From assembly GCA_028688375.1 (NCBI GenBank), contig JAQTYG010000001.1, forward strand, positions 99,345-163,344: DNA of 64,000 bases, given 5' to 3'. The number at the start of each line of letters is the position of its first letter. Position 1 is the first letter of the stretch. The notes under the pieces are model-generated. The model did not search any database. It saw only the letters and a list, made by a program, of their open reading frames with translations, and was not told where the DNA came from. Source of the stretch: Patescibacteria group bacterium. Lineage in GTDB: Bacteria > Patescibacteriota > Patescibacteriia > Magasanikbacterales > GWA2-37-8. Below, piece by piece: positions 30,560 to 39,748 of this stretch. A program made the translations under genes and the position numbers.

Positions 30560-31843
30560 ATGCTAGACATTAAATTTATCCGAGAAAATGTTGACTTGGT
30601 AAAAGAGAATTGCGTCAACCGTAAAGTGAAAGTTGATATTGATAAATTGCTGGCTCTTGACGAATCTCGCCGTGAAAATTTATCAAAAATAGAAACGCTA
30701 CGCGCCGAACGAAACAAAAAATCCAAGGGCAAACCGACCGATGAAGAGATCGCAAAAATGAGAACCTTGGGTGAGAGTATCGCAAAACTTGAAGCGGAGG
30801 AAAAAATTACCGAGGAACAATATTCGGAATTTTTGCTCAAGGTGCCAAATATGGCCGATGAGTCAACACCCATTGGTCCTGATGAGAGCGGCAACAAAGT
30901 TTTGCGCGTTGCCGGCAATATTCCTAAATTTGATTTTACACCAAAAGAACACTGGGAACTTGGCAAACAACTCGGCTTAATCGACAATGAAAAAGCCGGT
31001 GAAATCAGCGGTTCGCGGTTTACTTATATCAAAGGCAACCTGGCTTTACTGCAATTCGCGTTGATAAATTTCGCGCTATCGATTGTTACGAACGAAAAAG
31101 AAATAAAAAAAATCATCAAAAAATATAATTTGGACATTTCTTCCGGCGCATTCGTACCGGTTATACCGCCGGTAATGATAAAACCCGATGTTTATCAGAA
31201 GATGGCGCGCCTTGAACCTAAAGACGAACGCTATTACATTTCGAGCGATGATGTATATTTGATCGGAAGCGCCGAGCACACTCTCGGCCCATTGCATATG
31301 GACGAAATTATTGACGAAAAAGATTTGCCGATACGATATGTCGGATATTCGCCGGCATTTCGGAGAGAAGCGGGTTCTTACGGCAAAGACATGAAAGGAA
31401 TCCTGCGCCTACATCAGTTTGATAAAGTTGAATTGGAATCATTCTGTTTGCCCGAAAAATCAATTGAAGAGCAGGATTTGTTTGTGGCGATTCAGGAAGA
31501 AATTGTCAGTCGTCTTGGCTTGCCATACAGGGTTATGCAAATTTGCACCGGCGATATGGGCGGGCCTGACGCGCGCCAAATTGATATTGAGACATGGATG
31601 CCTGGCCAAAATAGATATCGAGAAACGCACACTGCTGATATGATGACGGATTACCAAGCGCGTCGATTAAAGACACGGGTTAAAAAATCCGACGGCTCAA
31701 TCGAATTTGTTCATATGAACGACGCGACAGCCATCGCAATCGGGCGCATGCTTATTGCGATAATGGAAAATTATCAGCAGAAGGATGGCTCAATCGCGGT
31801 TCCAAAGGCACTGAAAAAATATTGCGGGTTGAAGAAATTATAA
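30560..31843 (+). CDS. serS: Seryl-tRNA synthetase
   Basis: MLDIKFIREN, FRREAGSYGKD..GILRLHQFDKVE, DYQARRL. Confidence 0.97.
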   Translation: MLDIKFIRENVDLVKENCVNRKVKVDIDKLLALDESRRENLSKIETLRAERNKKSKGKPTDEEIAKMRTLGESIAKLEAEEKITEEQYSEFLLKVPNMADESTPIGPDESGNKVLRVAGNIPKFDFTPKEHWELGKQLGLIDNEKAGEISGSRFTYIKGNLALLQFALINFALSIVTNEKEIKKIIKKYNLDISSGAFVPVIPPVMIKPDVYQKMARLEPKDERYYISSDDVYLIGSAEHTLGPLHMDEIIDEKDLPIRYVGYSPAFRREAGSYGKDMKGILRLHQFDKVELESFCLPEKSIEEQDLFVAIQEEIVSRLGLPYRVMQICTGDMGGPDARQIDIETWMPGQNRYRETHTADMMTDYQARRLKTRVKKSDGSIEFVHMNDATAIAIGRMLIAIMENYQQKDGSIAVPKALKKYCGLKKL

Positions 31844-31847
31844 GCTT

Positions 31848-32963
31848 ATGTTCACCCGGGTCGAGATTGACTCCAAAGCCATAAAATTTAACCTACGGCA
31901 GTTCAGAAAATTGATCGGCCATAAGGCCCTGCTGATGCCGGTTGCCAAAGCCAATGCCTACGGGCATGGCTTTTTGGAAGTAGCCAGGATATGCGATAAA
32001 TCGCCCCAGGTGGACCGTATATGCGTCGTAAATGACGAGGAGGCCCTTTCACTGATAGAGAACAGAATCCACAAGCCAGTGCAAATTTTGACATTTTTTG
32101 ACCCGAAAAATGCTAAAATTGGGCTAAAATTAGCCAAAAAAGGCGTTATTTTCCCGCTTTTTTCGCTGGAACAAGCCAAATTTCTTAACAAAATAGGGGA
32201 GAGGGCAGGCAAAAATATCAAAGTGCACATAAAGGTAGATACGGGCGCGTCCCGGGTCGGACTTCTGCCCAGAGAAGTAATTTCATTTTTAGAAAAATTG
32301 CAAAAATTTCCGCGACTGAAAATTGAAGGGCTGTATAGTCATTTTGCCGCGAGCGAGGAAGACAGGGTATTCACCGAACATCAGATGAAAAATTTTGAAC
32401 AACTGGTTCGAAAAATCGAAGACAGGGGATACAAAATACCATTGAAACATTTTGCCTGCTCGGCGGCCAGTGTGTTGTTCGCCAAGAGCCGGTTAAACGC
32501 CATTCGTCTCGGGTTAAGTTTGTATGGCCTCTATCCGGATGATTTAAGCAAAAGAAAAATAAAATTAATTCCAGCGCTGGCTTGGAAAACAAAAATTATC
32601 CAGGTACGAACCGTGCCAGCCTGGACCAAAATCGGCTACGGCGGGTCATTTACCACCAAAAAACCGACAAAAATTGCCGTTCTGCCGGTGGGATATTGGG
32701 ACGGTTATGATCGCGGGCTGGGAAATAATGCTTTTGTCTTAATCGGCGGTAAACGTTGTCCGATTCGAGGCCGAATCTGTATGAACATCTGCATGGCCGA
32801 CGTTAGCGCCGTAAAAAATGTAAAGGCGGGGGACGAAGCGACACTCATCGGCCGACAAGGCCAGCAACAAATCACGACCGATGAACTGGCCAAATGGGCC
32901 GAAACCATTAATTACGAAATCGTTACTCGAATTAACCCCAAAATTCCCAGAATTTTACGTTGA
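31848..32963 (+). CDS. alr: Alanine racemase
   Basis: VAKANAYGHG, HIKVDTG..RVG, SHFA, IGYG, GRICMN. Confidence 0.95.
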   Translation: MFTRVEIDSKAIKFNLRQFRKLIGHKALLMPVAKANAYGHGFLEVARICDKSPQVDRICVVNDEEALSLIENRIHKPVQILTFFDPKNAKIGLKLAKKGVIFPLFSLEQAKFLNKIGERAGKNIKVHIKVDTGASRVGLLPREVISFLEKLQKFPRLKIEGLYSHFAASEEDRVFTEHQMKNFEQLVRKIEDRGYKIPLKHFACSAASVLFAKSRLNAIRLGLSLYGLYPDDLSKRKIKLIPALAWKTKIIQVRTVPAWTKIGYGGSFTTKKPTKIAVLPVGYWDGYDRGLGNNAFVLIGGKRCPIRGRICMNICMADVSAVKNVKAGDEATLIGRQGQQQITTDELAKWAETINYEIVTRINPKIPRILR

Positions 32964-32965
32964 GT

Positions 32966-34030
32966 ATGGACAAAATGAGATCTTACCGAAGTTTTCAAAA
33001 ATATCGCACGGAAAAAAAGAGGGGCTGGCTCTCGTCTCTTTTGTTTGGCAAAAAAAATAACGTCAATGTCCATCGCTCCGTTTCCACGGTGAGTTTGAAC
33101 ATGCCCCACCATAATCCGCGCAGTTATCTGCAGGAAAAAACGAATAAACGCGACTTGCGCCGGGCCTTTCTAATTTACGGCACTATCGGCATTTTCGTGC
33201 TTTGGCTGCTTTTGATGTTATATCTGCCGTACTTTAGGATCACTAAAACTAACTATGAGGGGCTGAAGATAATTAAAAAAGAAGAGATCGATGGATTCAT
33301 CCGCGAAAAATATCTGAAAAGAGGCTTGCTTTATCCTTATAACAATTTTTTCCTGGTCAGCAAAAATAACATCGCCGAGGATTTAGAAAAAAAATATGCT
33401 TTAGCGTCTTTAACGGTAGAAAAAGTTTTTCCCGATGGATTAAAAATCACGCTTAAAGAAAAAACCACCACGGTTATTTATGATAACGGCTCCAGCGCCT
33501 ACTTATTGGACAAAGAAGGAACCGTAATCAAGATGCTGTGGGGGACAGCCGGCACGTCCACGGCGGAAATGTCTTCTTCCAGCCCGGCGGCGATGATTTT
33601 AACGGCTGACATCGCCCCTGAAGAAATGGCCACTTCCAGCGCCACCTCCACCGTCGCCTCAAAAAAATACGCGCCTGATTTCAAAAAACTGGTGCGTGAA
33701 AATGATGACTTGCCGATAATTTATGACGCCAGAAATATTCCGATTTACGAAAAAGAAACCGGAGTTCTACCGCCGGAAATTATTACCGCCGCCATTGAAT
33801 GGCACGAGGTCCTGGGACAACAGGGGATAGGGGAGGTGGAATATTTCACGGTGGACAACCCGTCGGCCGGCCTGGAGGTTTATCTTGATAAGCCGTGGTT
33901 TATAAAAGTTCAGCCGAAAAATAATTTCGACGCGCAACTTAACAACCTCAAAACTTTATTGGCCAGCCCGGAGGTTAAGCCGGGTGAGTACATTGACCTG
34001 CGGCAAGAAAAAATGACGGTGTGGAAGTAG
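32966..34030 (+). CDS. FtsQ/DivIB-like POTRA-domain protein
   Basis: Single TM then PYFRI, VEKVFPDGLKITLKEK, YLLDKEG, C-terminal EYIDLR. Confidence 0.7.
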   Translation: MDKMRSYRSFQKYRTEKKRGWLSSLLFGKKNNVNVHRSVSTVSLNMPHHNPRSYLQEKTNKRDLRRAFLIYGTIGIFVLWLLLMLYLPYFRITKTNYEGLKIIKKEEIDGFIREKYLKRGLLYPYNNFFLVSKNNIAEDLEKKYALASLTVEKVFPDGLKITLKEKTTTVIYDNGSSAYLLDKEGTVIKMLWGTAGTSTAEMSSSSPAAMILTADIAPEEMATSSATSTVASKKYAPDFKKLVRENDDLPIIYDARNIPIYEKETGVLPPEIITAAIEWHEVLGQQGIGEVEYFTVDNPSAGLEVYLDKPWFIKVQPKNNFDAQLNNLKTLLASPEVKPGEYIDLRQEKMTVWK

Positions 34031-34038
34031 GGCAGACG

Positions 34039-34047
34039 TGTGGATAA
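34039..34047 (-). promoter_or_regulatory. Consensus DnaA box
   Basis: TGTGGATAA is the reverse complement of TTATCCACA, just upstream of the HNH/xer promoter. Confidence 0.45.
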
Positions 34048-34052
34048 CCGAT

Positions 34053-34111
34053 TTGACGGGATTATACGAAGAATATATAATTGAGTATAATAACTCTTAC
34101 ACTCAGTTATA
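34053..34111 (+). promoter_or_regulatory. Sigma70 promoter overlapped by a dif-like 15-6-15 inverted repeat
   Basis: TTGACG-N17-TATAAT; TATAATTGAGTATAA-taactc-TTACACTCAGTTATA (13/15 arm match). Confidence 0.6.
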
Positions 34112-34121
34112 ATATGTCATT

Positions 34122-34610
34122 ATGCGGCTAAATAAGATGAAATCCATTAGCGCCCTTCTCAACCACCCATTTGATGATATAATTAAAGGACTTTACTTAA
34201 ACAAGACTTTGGCGTCACAAGAAATTTCCGACGAACTATTTAGAAAAACAAAAATTTTAATCACATCGAGGTCAATTCAACGCCGGCTGAAGCAAATGGG
34301 CATAATTCGCTCATTTAGCCAGGCTTTTAACCTTTCTATAAAGAAAGGACGCAAATCATACGAGCACCTTCGTAAAACGGTCAAATCCTCTTCTCTGCGC
34401 AAAGGCATAGCTCCAAAATTAAGGTTCCAGGTGTTTCATAGAGACGGCTACCGATGTGTTCTTTGTGGCAAGACCGCCCAAGATGACTTGTTGGTTATTG
34501 ATCATATTAAACCGGTCGCAGGTGGCGGAACTAATGACGAAAAAAATTTACGAACTTTGTGCCGCGAATGTAATTCTGGTAAGGGGAAAGTGCTCCTAGA
34601 GCCAGTATAA
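34122..34610 (+). CDS. HNH endonuclease with N-terminal HTH-like region
   Basis: RDGYRCVLCG...IDHIKPVAGGGTN..NLRTLCRECNSGKG; N-terminal LY......SQEISDEL...SIQRRL. Confidence 0.88.
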   Translation: MRLNKMKSISALLNHPFDDIIKGLYLNKTLASQEISDELFRKTKILITSRSIQRRLKQMGIIRSFSQAFNLSIKKGRKSYEHLRKTVKSSSLRKGIAPKLRFQVFHRDGYRCVLCGKTAQDDLLVIDHIKPVAGGGTNDEKNLRTLCRECNSGKGKVLLEPV

Positions 34611-34617
34611 AAAACCT

Positions 34618-35583
34618 ATGACCGATAAAACCGAAAAAATAACCCAACCACTCCCCTATCTGGATGATTTTATTTTACACCTCCGGGCGGATAATTTTTC
34701 CGAAGAAACGGCGTATAATTATGGGCGGGATTTAGAAACTTTTGAAACCTTTCTCAACAGAGATATAAAAAAAGATTTTAATAAAATTGATAAAATTGAT
34801 ATTCTCCGTTTCAAGGCCTACCTGACATCGATCGACCGCAAGACGGCAAAAAATCATGCGTCCAAACAAAAACTCGGCAGTTTTTCGGTCAATCGGGTCC
34901 TGTCCGGCTTGCGTTCATACCTAAAATTTCTTGAAGATATGGACAAGACACCGCCAGTGTCATCCACCGCCGTTAAATTACTCCGAACGGAAAAAAAGAA
35001 CGCGCGCGTGCCTGAATTCGAGGAAGTTATAAAAATTATTGAAGCGCCGGGAAAATTTGAAACAGACCAACGCGTCGCTCTGCGCAACCGGGCCATGTTG
35101 GAAACATTGTTCGCTACCGGCATGCGTATCTCCGAATTATTGTCTTTAAAAGTAAATCAGATCGACCAAACCGGACGCATCTACGTCATGGGTAAAGGAA
35201 AAAAACAACGCTTTGTCTATCTGACGCCTCGCGCCCTAAAACACCTACAGGCCTATCTAGCAAAACGCAACAGTAATTCCGACATGCTATTTGTGCCCTA
35301 TCGCGGCCGAAATTGTCAGGAAAAAAATAATAAAATCTCCACAAATTATTTACAATTCAAAATAAAAAAATATCGGGAGCTATTGGATATAAATCTGCCA
35401 GTTAGCGCCCACACGCTTCGCCACAGTTTCGCCACTTTTCTTGCGGAAAAAGGCGCCAACCCGGCGGCCATACAGATTCTCCTCGGCCATGAATCATTGG
35501 ATACTACCACCCGCTACGTTCATGCCTCTGACCGCTATGCCGAAAAAACGCACCATCAATTCCACCCCCTATCCAAAGCATGA
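34618..35583 (+). CDS. Tyrosine recombinase, XerC/XerD family
   Basis: LFATGMRISEL (R), GKGKKQR (K), HTLRHSFAT, LLGH, TTRY; N-terminal SAM-like domain. Confidence 0.93.
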   Translation: MTDKTEKITQPLPYLDDFILHLRADNFSEETAYNYGRDLETFETFLNRDIKKDFNKIDKIDILRFKAYLTSIDRKTAKNHASKQKLGSFSVNRVLSGLRSYLKFLEDMDKTPPVSSTAVKLLRTEKKNARVPEFEEVIKIIEAPGKFETDQRVALRNRAMLETLFATGMRISELLSLKVNQIDQTGRIYVMGKGKKQRFVYLTPRALKHLQAYLAKRNSNSDMLFVPYRGRNCQEKNNKISTNYLQFKIKKYRELLDINLPVSAHTLRHSFATFLAEKGANPAAIQILLGHESLDTTTRYVHASDRYAEKTHHQFHPLSKA

Positions 35584-35656
35584 CCACTCCCCTTTTTTTG
35601 GCTTATTTTAGCAAAAAAAATACCCGGTTTAACCATTTTTTTGGCTAATCTTAAAC

Positions 35657-35686
35657 AAAAAACCGCCCCGAAGGACGGTCTTTTTT
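35657..35686. terminator. Bidirectional terminator between xer and csp
   Basis: A run-ACCG...CGGT-T run hairpin between convergent genes. Confidence 0.6.
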
Positions 35687-35695
35687 GTATTTTGA

Positions 35696-35896
35696 TTAGG
35701 CGAGAGTCACGTTGACAGCGCGCGGACCTTTTTCCGAGTCTTCAACATCGAAGGACACCTTATCACCTTGCTTTAACGCGGAAAATTCCACGCCCTGCAA
35801 AGAAGTGGCATGAAAGAACACGTCTTTCGCGCCGTCTTCCGGGGTGATAAAACCAAAATTCTTTTCTACGATGATGGTTTTAATAGTACCAGTCAT
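35696..35896 (-). CDS. Cold-shock protein
   Basis: KNFGFITP, DVFFHAT, KGPRAVNV. Confidence 0.95.
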   Translation of the reverse strand: MTGTIKTIIVEKNFGFITPEDGAKDVFFHATSLQGVEFSALKQGDKVSFDVEDSEKGPRAVNVTLA

Positions 35897-35984
35897 ATTA
35901 AGAATATTGTTGTGAGTAAAATTTTACAAAAAATTATCACTGGTGAAATTCGACTAGACTTACCAAGATATTTTGTAGGTTATT

Positions 35985-36013
35985 AGTATAGCACAAAACC
36001 GAGCAAAAGTCAA
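35985..36013 (-). promoter_or_regulatory. csp promoter
   Basis: Minus strand TTGACT-N17-TATACT with extended TG. Confidence 0.65.
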
Positions 36014-36027
36014 TAGGTAGCGCGATT

Positions 36028-37263
36028 TTATGGCAAATATCCCATCGGATTAACCGGAATGCCATTGGCGCGAACTTCAAAATGCAGATGGGGGCCGGTG
36101 ACAAACGGGCCGGCGCCGACCGTGCCCGGCGTACCGCCGGAATAGCCGATAACGTCGCCCCGAGCCACAAATTGTTCTTCGGACACGGCAATTGAACTCA
36201 TATGACCATAGACGGTTGAAATATTACCGGTGTGGATGATCAGTACGTAGCTATAGCAAGAAGACAATGAGCAACGCTTGGCGCGACCGACATATCCTGC
36301 CGCCGCCGCTTTGATCGGCGTCCCCTGCCCGGCGCGAATATCAAGACCGCTGTGTTCAAATACTCGACGATAGGGATAATCCGGATCATGGAAAGCCGAA
36401 GTAATATATCGCCCCGGCACCGGCCAAGAAAGATCACCGCTGTTGCTATTCAAATTATTAAATCGGTCCATTTCTTCCAACTTTTTCCGCACCTGCGCCT
36501 CATAAGCGCTGACTTCGTTTTCCGTCGCCTGGTATTGAGCCCTCAAACTTTCCAGTAAAGTTCGGTAGCGAGATTCGGAAGATTTCGTCTGGGCGAGCAA
36601 CGTGCTTTTCCCGTTGGATTGGTCAATCAAATCCTTCTGCTTGTTATTTAGCTCGGTTTTTAAATCATCGTAAAGTTTTTTTCTCGCTTCCACTTGCGCT
36701 TTTTTGGCGTCCAAATCCTCTTTAGCTAAACGCAGGTTTTTGACCGATTTACCCAGATCGGTATAAACATTCTCCAAATACTTGGCTTGATTATAGAAAT
36801 CAGCGAAACTATTGCTGGTCAATAAAATTTCCAAATAATTTTTCTGGTCGTCGGCGTGGATGTTGCGGACGATTTTGGAAATAATAATTTTTTGCTTATC
36901 AATGGATTTTTGTTTGTCGGCAATGGATAACTGCAAGGCCTCAATTTCCAGTTTAGCCTCGCCAATTTTTTCTTCTGTTAATTTTATATCCGTCTCAGTC
37001 TGTGAAAGTTTGTTGTCCAAAATACTCAATTGATTTTTTAACGACACCGCTTCCAACTGCTTCGCCGCGATATTTTGCTTGTATTTTGCCATTGTTTCTT
37101 CCAGTTGTTTGATCTTATCTTTGCGCGCGGCAATTTGTTTATTCAAATCGTCAATTTCTTCTTTATTTCCACCCGCATCCGTGGTGGCCGAATAAACAAA
37201 ATTACCGCCGGCCAACAAAAAACCGGCGAATATTACGGCGAGTAATATATACTTGGATTTCAT
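36028..37263 (-). CDS. Coiled-coil + M23 peptidase (EnvC/CwlO-like murein hydrolase)
   Basis: Signal/TM, long coiled coil, HSGLD, YGHMS, TGPHLHFEVR; ATG 37263. Confidence 0.9.
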   Translation of the reverse strand: MKSKYILLAVIFAGFLLAGGNFVYSATTDAGGNKEEIDDLNKQIAARKDKIKQLEETMAKYKQNIAAKQLEAVSLKNQLSILDNKLSQTETDIKLTEEKIGEAKLEIEALQLSIADKQKSIDKQKIIISKIVRNIHADDQKNYLEILLTSNSFADFYNQAKYLENVYTDLGKSVKNLRLAKEDLDAKKAQVEARKKLYDDLKTELNNKQKDLIDQSNGKSTLLAQTKSSESRYRTLLESLRAQYQATENEVSAYEAQVRKKLEEMDRFNNLNSNSGDLSWPVPGRYITSAFHDPDYPYRRVFEHSGLDIRAGQGTPIKAAAAGYVGRAKRCSLSSCYSYVLIIHTGNISTVYGHMSSIAVSEEQFVARGDVIGYSGGTPGTVGAGPFVTGPHLHFEVRANGIPVNPMGYLP

Positions 37264-37270
37264 GGAAGTA

Positions 37271-38737
37271 TTATACCACATTTTTCATGGCTTTCTCAAT
37301 CCGGCGTAAAGTTTCGTCTTGGCCCAGTACCTCGGCAATCTCAAACGGACCGGGAGAATTTTCCTGGCCGGACAAAGCCACGCGCATCGGCCATAAAACC
37401 GCGCCGACCGAATAGCCGTTTTCCTTTATCCACTCCCCCACTCTGCTTTCCAATTTTTCTTTCTGCCAATCGCGAACACTAAAAGTATCCAAAAATTCTT
37501 TTAGCGCCGGTAAAATATTTTTTAATTCTTCAGCGGAGCTTTTTTTCCAGACAAGCAGACCCGGCTCATAATCCGGGAGTTCGAAAACGAACTTTATCGC
37601 TTCCGGCAATTCGGCAAGAGTCGTTACTCGTTCTCGTTCCAAGGCAAGAGCTGTCGGATATTTTGTTAAATCAATGCCCGCCGTATCAAAAAACGGTTTG
37701 GCTCGCTCCGTTAGCTCTTCCGGAGGCAGGCGCTTTATATATTCTTTATTGAACCAATCCAATTTTTGTAAATTAAAAACCGCGCCGGACTTTCCGACTT
37801 TACCCAAACTGAATTCCTTTACTATTTCGCCCAAAGTAAAAAGTTCGCGCTCGCCGCCCGGATTCCAACCCAGGAACGCGATGAAATTTATAATCGCCTC
37901 TTTTAGATAACCTTTTTTGACATAATCTTCCACCGCTACGTCGCCTTGACGTTTGCTTAGCTTCGATCGGTCAGCGTTAAGCAACAACGGCAGATGCGCC
38001 ATCTTCGGCGATTCCCAGCCAAAATATTTGTAAAGCTGTAAGTGCTTGGGCACGCTGGATAGCCATTCTTCTCCGCGGATGATATGCGTAATTTTCATTA
38101 GATGATCATCCACCACCACTGCTAAATGGTAGGTGGGAAAACCGTCGGATTTCATGATAACCTGGTCGTCAACCAGCTCATTTTTAAACCTGACTTCGCC
38201 TCTGATTTCGTCGTTAAATACGGTCTCGCCTTCTTTTGGCATCTTCATGCGAATGACGTGTTTTTCGCCCTGGGAAGCCCGTTTTTGAGCCTCTGCGGGG
38301 TCAATATCACGGCAACGGCCGTTATAGCCCGGCGGGAGCTTGTTTAACTGCTGAAATTGGCGCAATTCGTCCAGCCGCTCGGGGGTGCAAAAACAATGAT
38401 AGGCGTGGCCATTTTTGACCAATTCGTCGGCGTGTTCTTTGTATATATCCAACCTCTCCGATTGGATGTAGGAACCGCCGCCATCGCCTTTTTGAATAAT
38501 ATTTTCATTCTTATCAAACATCACGCCCTCGTCCGGAATAAGTCCGGCCCAATAAAGTGATTTCAAAATATTTTGCGTGCCGTCGGCTACGAATCTTTCG
38601 CGGTCCGTGTCTTCAATGCGCAACACAAACTTGCCCTTATTTTGTTTAGCAAAACAATAAGCGTAAAGCGCCGTGCGCAAACCGCCGACGTGGAGGTAGC
38701 CGGTGGGAGAGGGAGCAAATCTTGTTCTAACTAACAT
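37271..38737 (-). CDS. gltX: Glutamyl-tRNA synthetase
   Basis: RFAPSPTGYLHVGG, LRIEDTD, RGEEW, KLSKR. Confidence 0.97.
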   Translation of the reverse strand: MLVRTRFAPSPTGYLHVGGLRTALYAYCFAKQNKGKFVLRIEDTDRERFVADGTQNILKSLYWAGLIPDEGVMFDKNENIIQKGDGGGSYIQSERLDIYKEHADELVKNGHAYHCFCTPERLDELRQFQQLNKLPPGYNGRCRDIDPAEAQKRASQGEKHVIRMKMPKEGETVFNDEIRGEVRFKNELVDDQVIMKSDGFPTYHLAVVVDDHLMKITHIIRGEEWLSSVPKHLQLYKYFGWESPKMAHLPLLLNADRSKLSKRQGDVAVEDYVKKGYLKEAIINFIAFLGWNPGGERELFTLGEIVKEFSLGKVGKSGAVFNLQKLDWFNKEYIKRLPPEELTERAKPFFDTAGIDLTKYPTALALERERVTTLAELPEAIKFVFELPDYEPGLLVWKKSSAEELKNILPALKEFLDTFSVRDWQKEKLESRVGEWIKENGYSVGAVLWPMRVALSGQENSPGPFEIAEVLGQDETLRRIEKAMKNVV

Positions 38738-38791
38738 ATAACTTCAATTTAAATAATTCGGATTATTTTACTTTAACTTAATTAGTATTTT

Positions 38792-38906
38792 TAATTCCCA
38801 ATTTCCAATGACCAATTTCCAAATAAACCTAAATGTCAAATTCCAATTATTTTTGATTTTAGGATTTAGGACTTGTTTGGGATTTGGACATTGGGATTTT
38901 GGATTT
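38792..38906. repeat. Inverted pair of heptamer tandem arrays (cruciform element 1)
   Basis: Left CAATTTC/CAATGAC-type units, right GGGATTT/GGACATT-type units, both with a 4-nt phase break; right arm encodes the TagA C-terminus. Confidence 0.75.
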
Positions 38907-39635
38907 AACAACTAATAAACTAAATAAAACTGTGGCATTAAAAATACGTTTAAATCGAAGCGGCTGTTTGAATAATCTGTATGCCCATTCTAACCCAATT
39001 TTACGCATCCAGCAAGGCGCGCGATTGACCCGGCCGGAAATATAATCAAAAGCTCCGCCCACGCCCATGGCGATTTTTATACTCGACATTTTGGCCAAAT
39101 TTTCGTGGATCCATTTTTCCTGTTTGCCCATACCGAAGGCAACGAATAAAATATCCGGCCGCGTCTGATTTATTTTATCAATCACGGTCTGGTTGTTAAT
39201 CTGGTCAATTAACAGTTCACAGTTCACGGTTCGCAGTTCACTGATTTCCGGCCCGCGGTCAAATCCGGAAATTTTAAGGGTCGGGAATTTCTTCTGAAGT
39301 TCTTCTGCCGTTTTCTCCGCCACTTCATTACTGCCCGAGCCGAGAAAATACACACTACTCCCCTGCTCTACTGCCAATCGACAAAGTTCCTGCATGAAAT
39401 CGACGCCGGGAATTCGCGTCGCGCCGGAAAATATTTTCAAACCAAAACCATCGCATAAATTCAAATCGCCGGAATTTAGAATCTCGAGAAAATAGTGATC
39501 TTTTTGCGCCTTCACCAGCATCTCCGGATTGGGCGTAAAAATCCTATGTTGTCCGCCGGAACGCAAAAAATCCCCTGCCTTTTTCAGGGCGCCAGCCAAA
39601 TTTACGTCATCTACCCTTACTCCCAAGATATTCAT
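38859..39635 (-). CDS. WecB/TagA/CpsF family glycosyltransferase
   Basis: TPNPE, DGFGL, RIPGVD, VAFGMGKQEKWI, GVGGAFD, RAP..GLEW.YRL. Confidence 0.92.
   Translation of the reverse strand: MNILGVRVDDVNLAGALKKAGDFLRSGGQHRIFTPNPEMLVKAQKDHYFLEILNSGDLNLCDGFGLKIFSGATRIPGVDFMQELCRLAVEQGSSVYFLGSGSNEVAEKTAEELQKKFPTLKISGFDRGPEISELRTVNCELLIDQINNQTVIDKINQTRPDILFVAFGMGKQEKWIHENLAKMSSIKIAMGVGGAFDYISGRVNRAPCWMRKIGLEWAYRLFKQPLRFKRIFNATVLFSLLVVKSKIPMSKSQTSPKS
39206..39243 (-). repeat. In-frame heptamer array (TGAACTG x4-5) within the TagA-family gene
   Basis: + strand caattaa-cagttca-cagttca-cggttcg-cagttca, encoding ELRTVNCELLI. Confidence 0.7.
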
Positions 39636-39682
39636 ATATACTCATATTTTATCCTAAATTACGCCAAATTTCAAGGGGCATA

Positions 39683-39738
39683 TTGACATATTTTGGGCCT
39701 ATGGTATATTATTATCACTCTAACCATTAGAGTGATAA
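39683..39738 (+). promoter_or_regulatory. clpB promoter with CIRCE-like operator
   Basis: TTGACA-N16-TATATT; TTATCACTC-N9-GAGTGATAA (39712-38) versus CIRCE TTAGCACTC-N9-GAGTGCTAA. Confidence 0.8.
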
Positions 39739-39748
39739 ATTATATCCT

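Noticed and set aside
34039-34047. Replication origin
   Set aside because: A single DnaA box, no cluster or dnaA/dnaN nearby; gene orientation suggests terminus rather than origin
34061-34075. loxP-like half site TATACGAAG
   Set aside because: Only 9 bp match, no partner arm, and it lies in the promoter spacer
34122-35583. Prophage or integrative element
   Set aside because: No phage or conjugation genes and no flanking att direct repeats seen; the recombinase looks like a housekeeping Xer
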